Of a DNA stretch of 10,259 nt, positions 8,841-10,259 are shown piece by piece. The notes below the pieces were generated by a model. It searched no databases. It was not told the origin of the DNA and saw nothing but the letters and a program-made list of their open reading frames with translations. Source of the stretch: a virus (Duplodnaviria > Heunggongvirae > Uroviricota > Caudoviricetes); IMG/VR virus record IMGVR_UViG_2698536552_000004, one strand, 5' to 3'. Each line of letters begins with the position of its first letter. Position 1 is the first letter of the stretch. The position numbers and the translations under genes were made by a program.

Positions 8841-9023
8841 ATGATCATGCTGATTCTCGCGCCTCTGGTGGGCGTGCTGGGTGCGCTTTTGCTGGCGTAT
8901 GGTGCCTGGCTGATTTATCCCCCGGCGGGTTTTGTTGTTGCCGGGGCGCTGTGCCTGTTCTGGTCGTGGCTGGTGGCGCGATATCTCGACCGTACACGGC
9001 AGTCTGTCGGCGGAGGTAAATAG
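8841..9023 (+). CDS. small hypothetical membrane protein (two predicted TM helices) between terminase and portal
   Basis: [65 protein letters not shown] at 8832-8836 precedes ATG 8841 (a second ATG lies at 8847). Its stop TAG 9021-9023 abuts the portal GTG. The coding call rests on ORF context only. Confidence 0.45.
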   Translation: MIMLILAPLVGVLGALLLAYGAWLIYPPAGFVVAGALCLFWSWLVARYLDRTRQSVGGGK

Positions 9024-10179
9024 TGTTCTTTTCGGGATTATTTCAACGAAAAAGCGATGTGCCGGTGACCACGCCAGCAGAACTGCTGATGCTATCGGGC
9101 TGTCATACGACACCTATACCGGAAAGCGGATCAGTAGCCAGCGGGCCATGCGCCTGACGGCGGTCTATTCTTGCGTCAGGGTGCTGGCAGAGTCTGTTGG
9201 TATGCTGCCCTGCAGTCTCTACAAAATCAGCGGTACCCTGAAAACACGGGCGGTGGATGAACGACTGCATAAGTTGGTTTCGGCAAAACCTAATGGCTAC
9301 ATGACACCGCAGGAATTCTGGGAGCTGGTTATTGTCTGCCTGTGTCTACGGGGGAATTTTTACGCCTACAAGGTAAAGGCACTGGGAGAAGTGGTGGAGC
9401 TTCTTCCGATAGATCCGGGCTGTGTGGAACCGAAGCTGAACAGCCAGTGGCAGCCGGTTTATCAGGTGACGTTTCCGGATGGTTCCGTGGATGTGTTGAC
9501 CCAGAATGAAATCTGGCATGTGCGCACCCTGACGCTGGATGGACTTGTCGGGCTGAATCCCATTGCGTATGCGCGTGAGGCCATTTCACTGGCAGCGGCA
9601 ACCGAGGAGCACGGTGCCAGGTTGTTTAGTAATGGTGCGGTGACATCCGGTGTGTTGCGTACGGAACAAAAGCTCACGCCGGATGCTTACGAGCGTCTGA
9701 AGAAAGATTTTGAGGAGTGTCACACGGGGCTTGGCAATGCTCACCGCCCGATGATTCTGGAAATGGGGCTGGACTGGAAGTCGATGGCGCTGAACGCCGA
9801 GGACAGTCAGTTCCTGGAAACCCGCAAGTTTCAGCTGGAAGAAATCTGTCGTCTGTTCCGGGTGCCGTTGCACATGGTGCAGAACACCGATCGCGCCACC
9901 TTCAACAATATCGAAGAGCTGGGGCTGGGATTTATCAACTATTCACTGGTGCCGTATCTGACCCGCATCGAACAGCGGATCAACACCGGACTGGTACGAA
10001 AAAGTAAGCAGGGCGTTTATTACGCCAAATTTAACGCCGGGGCGTTACTGCGCGGGGATATGAAGTCCCGTTTTGAAGCCTACGCCACCGGGATCAACTG
10101 GGGAATTTACTCTTCCAATGACTGCCGCGACCTGGAAGATATGAATCCGCGTCCCGGTGGTGTAATGCCGATCAGTTAA
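9023..10179 (+). CDS. portal protein (HK97 family); N-terminal ~20-45 codons in a different frame from the body, so apparent frameshift or possible pseudogene
   Basis: GGAGG at 9012-9016 and GTG at 9023 open a frame-2 ORF (MFFSGLFQRKSDVPVTTPAEL...) that stops at about 9160. The long portal body runs in frame 1 to TAA at 10177-10179 (...AVYSCVRVLAESVGMLP...ARLFSNGAVTSGVL...). Frame 1 has no RBS-associated start before ATG 9148. The track start at TTG 8932 translates a Cys/Trp/Arg-rich stretch overlapping the upstream gene and is rejected. Confidence 0.6.
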
Positions 10180-10211
10180 GGATCAGTTGACCGATCCAGT
10201 GGCTGTGTAAG

Positions 10212-10246
10212 AATCCGGAAACGCTCACTTGTTTCCGGATTTTTTT
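10212..10246 (+). terminator. strong rho-independent terminator downstream of the portal gene
   Basis: A perfect 10-bp stem (ATCCGGAAAC / GTTTCCGGAT) with an 8-nt loop, followed by TTTTTT. Confidence 0.6.
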
Positions 10247-10259
10247 ATGCACATTGGAC

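Noticed and set aside
8932-9022. TTG start at 8932 for the portal ORF
   Set aside because: This stretch overlaps the small membrane ORF in another frame and translates to a Cys/Trp/Arg-rich peptide with no RBS. It is better explained as an open-frame artefact upstream of a frameshifted portal.
6865-9873. Minus-strand ORFs antisense to TerS, TerL and portal (for example 6865-7305, 7290-7688, 8500-8799, 8826-9113, 9329-9873)
   Set aside because: Same reasoning: embedded in strongly supported plus-strand genes, with no independent coding support.

Overview
This window reads as a segment of a lambdoid prophage of an Enterobacteriaceae (E. coli/Shigella-like) host, with every credible gene on the + strand in phage transcription order. 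No database search was run; identifications rest on motifs and remembered homologues. Left to right: the 3' end of an IS2 element inserted into the replication module; a DnaB-like helicase; a small coiled-coil ORF; RusA resolvase; a Q antiterminator followed by a pR'/tR' late-promoter and terminator cassette; an accessory locus with an ORF6N-type antirepressor-like gene and at least four tightly packed tRNA genes (anticodons CAU, UCU, UGU, UCC); a phage-21/DLP12-type lysis cassette (dual-start pinholin, SAR endolysin, Rz with embedded Rz1); an HNH endonuclease; terminase small and large subunits; a small membrane ORF; and an HK97-type portal gene whose N-terminus appears frameshifted, followed by a strong intrinsic terminator. 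Three N-masked blocks (3927-4176, 4597-4846, 6417-6680) hide the 3' end of the ORF6N gene, the region between the tRNAs and the holin, and the HNH/TerS junction; ORF-track entries containing runs of X are artefacts of these blocks. I do not see an unambiguous novel defence or other system in the readable sequence. The best candidates for undescribed biology are the accessory locus between tR' and the lysis cassette (including whatever the masks hide), the chimeric-looking tRNA array, and the small membrane ORF between terminase and portal. The IS2 insertion and the portal frameshift suggest the prophage may be defective.
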